Shown: one piece after another, positions 61,596 through 64,000 of the stretch
Layout of the letters: every line of letters starts with the position of its first letter
Numbering within the stretch: the stretch's first letter is position 1
DNA from: an uncultured Nitrospirales bacterium
Lineage (GTDB): Bacteria > Nitrospirota > Nitrospiria > Nitrospirales > NS-4
DNA: 64,000 bases
Assembly: GCA_964384595.1 (NCBI GenBank)
Contig: CAYLLY010000003.1
Coordinates: forward strand, 198-64,197
Direction of reading: 5' to 3'
The notes under the pieces: model-generated
The model's database searches: none
Seen by the model: only the letters and a program-made list of their open reading frames with translations
Told to the model about the DNA's origin: nothing
Position numbers and translations under genes: made by a program

Positions 61596-63599
61596 ATGGT
61601 ACGACGTCTGGTGCCCATCGTCCTCGCGGCAGTCGTCCTGCTCCTCCAGCCGTGGCTGCTTGGGGTGTCCCCGGCTGCCGGACAGACGACCGCCGAAGGG
61701 GTCGAGGCGCTTAAGCAACTGAAGGAACGGATGGAACAGATGGAGCGCCGGCATCAGGCGGAGCGCGAGGAGATGCTGCGCCGCTTTGAGCAATTGGAGC
61801 GGGCTCTGCAAGGCGCCGGGAAGGACGCGGCCCAGGCGCCTCAAGGGCTCGGGGACAAGGCAGAAACGGGGAACCGGACGCCGACAGAGCCGCTGGAGCA
61901 AGGAGAGCGGGCGGACACCCAACGGCGGCTCGAGCAGTTGGAGCGAGCGGTCGCCGCGTCGCCTCCGCCTCCCGACCCCGAGACTTCGCTCCGCGTGAAT
62001 ATCCGCAAACCGAGCCGGTACACGGCCTGTCCCGGCTTCATCGGCTGCGCTCCCGAGCCGCACCTCGAACTGGAGATGCCGGCTCCGGCGAAGGGGCCGG
62101 GCTGGGAACTGGATCTCCTGGGCTACACCCGCTGGCGGTTCAATGCCCGGCATGCGTTCGGGGATACGGTGAATACCGTGGCCGGGGACGCTGGCCATAT
62201 CGCCGGCGTGACCACGAAGAACAGCTCCGGCGCCTCGTTCGGCGGAAACGTGCTGGGGACCGACACCAACAGGCAGCTCAGTTTTCTCCGCTATACGGAT
62301 ATCCGCGGCTATGTGACCACGGCCCTGAAAAAGGCCCCCTTCATGCTGGTGTACGGGCTCGACTTCGCCGGGGACGAATTCAACGACGGCGTCCTCCTGG
62401 GAAATGACTTGGGTCCCCTCGCGGCGGCGGGGCAACGCCAGTTCCAGGTCAACACCCAGCTTTTCTACCTTCAGTACGACGGCTGGGCCACCGTGCGGGC
62501 CGGGCGGATGCCGGGCCACCTCGGCAATGGCATCATAGGCCATATCGTGCGGGACTCCGTCACCGCCATCAAGCCCTGGACGCCGGAGTTGAGCACGCAA
62601 CTGACCTGGGTCCATGGCTCGACTGGCCGTTCGATCGACAACCAGGCCGGCGTGAGCTTCCTTCCGTTCACGGGCAATGCCGTCAGCCAGAACAGCGAGA
62701 CCGCGCAGCAGAAGGTAGGGGACGTGACCGGCAAGGAGGAGAACCTGGAGGGCATCTTGCTCCTGGCCAATTACAAGATCACGCCGAGCCATCGGACCCA
62801 GGGATTCCTCTGGCGGATGTGGGATACGACCGCCGTCGGGCGCAACAAACAGAACCAGTACGTCGACCTCAACGGGTCCGGCCTCTTCGAGTCCCGCCTG
62901 TCGGGGTCGCTGAACTATTGGTGGGAACTGGCTCACTTGCGCGGCACCTCGCCGGTGAACTCGGGTGCCGCCGGCGGCGTTGCCGGAAGGAGGGAAAGGC
63001 ATCGGGCGTACCTAGCCTACTTGGACATGCAGTACACGCCTCCAGAGGCGTTCCAGCCGGTCTGGCAACGGTTCCTGTCGCCGGGGATCACGTTCGGATA
63101 CGGCAGTGGAGACAACAGGCCCAACGACGAGACCAACACGAACTTCGACCAGTTGTTCGTTGACGAGGCGAGTTTCAAGTACAACTTCATTTTCTCGGAC
63201 GACGTGCATGGGTACAACGGTCGGGGGTTCGACACGCGGCGGGGCGGGGGGTTCTCGAACGTCACGTTCGCCCAGCCGTATCTCATCGTCAGGCCGACGC
63301 CCAAGCTCGAAACGCGACTGTCGTGGACCTACCTCACGGCCACCGTGTCTCAGCCGGCGGGGACGGGCGTGCTGGGGCCGCGTCCCGTGCTGAGTTCGTC
63401 GCTGGCTTACAGCACGACATCCGTTCCCGGCGATGCGACGAGGGACATCGGGCAGGAGGTGAATGTGCTCACGGATTATTACGTGACGCCTACCGCGCGT
63501 CTGTTCGCCTACTGGGGCGAGTTTTTCCCGGGCCGCCTCTACGCCCCGCATCGCGAGAATGCCATCAAGTTCGAGAGCGGTCTGGAATGGCGCTTCTGA
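61596..63599 (+). CDS. Putative outer-membrane beta-barrel protein with N-terminal coiled coil
   Basis: Signal IVLAAVVLLLQPWLLGVSPAAGQ. Coiled coil EGVEALKQLKERMEQMERRHQAEREEMLRRFEQLERALQ. Long strand-rich region. C-terminal ...ESGLEWRF with a terminal Phe. Confidence 0.72.
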   Translation: MVRRLVPIVLAAVVLLLQPWLLGVSPAAGQTTAEGVEALKQLKERMEQMERRHQAEREEMLRRFEQLERALQGAGKDAAQAPQGLGDKAETGNRTPTEPLEQGERADTQRRLEQLERAVAASPPPPDPETSLRVNIRKPSRYTACPGFIGCAPEPHLELEMPAPAKGPGWELDLLGYTRWRFNARHAFGDTVNTVAGDAGHIAGVTTKNSSGASFGGNVLGTDTNRQLSFLRYTDIRGYVTTALKKAPFMLVYGLDFAGDEFNDGVLLGNDLGPLAAAGQRQFQVNTQLFYLQYDGWATVRAGRMPGHLGNGIIGHIVRDSVTAIKPWTPELSTQLTWVHGSTGRSIDNQAGVSFLPFTGNAVSQNSETAQQKVGDVTGKEENLEGILLLANYKITPSHRTQGFLWRMWDTTAVGRNKQNQYVDLNGSGLFESRLSGSLNYWWELAHLRGTSPVNSGAAGGVAGRRERHRAYLAYLDMQYTPPEAFQPVWQRFLSPGITFGYGSGDNRPNDETNTNFDQLFVDEASFKYNFIFSDDVHGYNGRGFDTRRGGGFSNVTFAQPYLIVRPTPKLETRLSWTYLTATVSQPAGTGVLGPRPVLSSSLAYSTTSVPGDATRDIGQEVNVLTDYYVTPTARLFAYWGEFFPGRLYAPHRENAIKFESGLEWRF

Positions 63600-64000
63600 T
63601 GACCTGCTTCGCCGAAGCGCACGACAATCCGGCCGCTCTCACGTGGCCGCCGCTCTTTCGCGATCGGCACGTGCATGTGGGGTGTCTGGTGAACATGATC
63701 GGAGAAGTGACGCGGGAAACGGAGACGCAATTGAAGGAGGCGGGGATCGAGGTGTCGCTGAGCGCCGGACCTTGGGGCGGCTTTAATTTTCTGGTCGGGC
63801 CTGACGGCTACACGAGGATGCCGATCGGTCGGTTGACGGTCGTGATCGGGGCCTCCGCCGAGACGCCGCTGGAGGAGGACGGCGGGCCCGTGTTTCAGGC
63901 CTTTCTGCCTCGATACATCCGGCGGCTTAGGGAGGCCGGATGGCAGGCGCCGGACGAATGGGTGTTCCGGTATCCCAAGCGGACCCTCGCCGGGAGGCTG
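63599..64000 (+). CDS. 5' part of a hypothetical gene running off the right edge (partial)
   Basis: ATG63599 overlaps the previous TGA. The frame stays open for 134 codons to the window end (MTCFAEAHDNPAALTWPPLF...), with GC3-rich codons. Absent from the ORF track because it has no stop. Confidence 0.5.
   Translation, partial: MTCFAEAHDNPAALTWPPLFRDRHVHVGCLVNMIGEVTRETETQLKEAGIEVSLSAGPWGGFNFLVGPDGYTRMPIGRLTVVIGASAETPLEEDGGPVFQAFLPRYIRRLREAGWQAPDEWVFRYPKRTLAGRL

Noticed and set aside
1-64000. Search for CRISPR arrays, rRNA, transposases/integrases, prophage or toxin-antitoxin/defence modules
   Set aside because: I found no regularly spaced direct repeats with spacers, no rRNA-like conserved stretches, and no DDE/tyrosine-recombinase motifs among supported ORFs. 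The window looks like core or accessory metabolic chromosome rather than a mobile island. This was by eye only, so small elements could be missed.

Overview
GC-rich bacterial chromosomal window, almost fully coding, with about 58 genes, mostly on the + strand. I recognised no rRNA, CRISPR array, transposase, integrase or phage gene. There is one tRNA-Glu(UUC). Many long ORFs antisense to real genes are GC-driven shadow ORFs and were rejected.

The content is dominated by extracytoplasmic redox proteins:
1. A 1638-aa multicopper oxidase (110-5026) built from three repeats of a two-cupredoxin unit. It is followed by a secreted cupredoxin-like protein, two FGE/SUMF1-family proteins flanking a HEAT-repeat protein, and a LolA-like protein.
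2. A Cache/HAMP/PAS histidine kinase plus an NtrC-type sigma-54 activator (11307-15073).
3. The most interesting part: a same-strand, tightly spaced array of about 13.7 kb (22387-36049) preceded by a good sigma-54 promoter match. It encodes a di-haem peroxidase, a TAT Rieske subunit and an arsenite-oxidase/iodate-reductase-family molybdopterin subunit. These are followed by a cupredoxin-like protein, a second di-haem peroxidase, a cytochrome c, a blue-copper protein and two unknowns. The array ends with a CydA-like 'bd-like' oxidase with no CydB, two membrane-anchored c cytochromes, an EB_dh/NxrC-like protein and a di-haem c lipoprotein. I read this as a possible quinone-independent chain from a Mo enzyme to a terminal oxidase, with unknown substrate.
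4. A two-domain multicopper oxidase with a terpene-cyclase-like repeat protein, a desaturase, an FAD monooxygenase and a sulfite-oxidase-family Mo enzyme (36618-42327).
5. A block with three radical-SAM genes, CBS and USP proteins and ResB (53001-61483).

Non-coding oddities include two in-frame perfect palindromes inside a CDS, a triple-hairpin REP-like element, a 19-bp tandem repeat at a gene start, and several TGGCAT-N5-TTGCT-type sigma-54 promoter candidates.

The gene content (bd-like oxidase, NxrC-like protein) is reminiscent of Nitrospirota-type genomes, but that is inference only. All family calls come from motifs read by eye; no searches were run.
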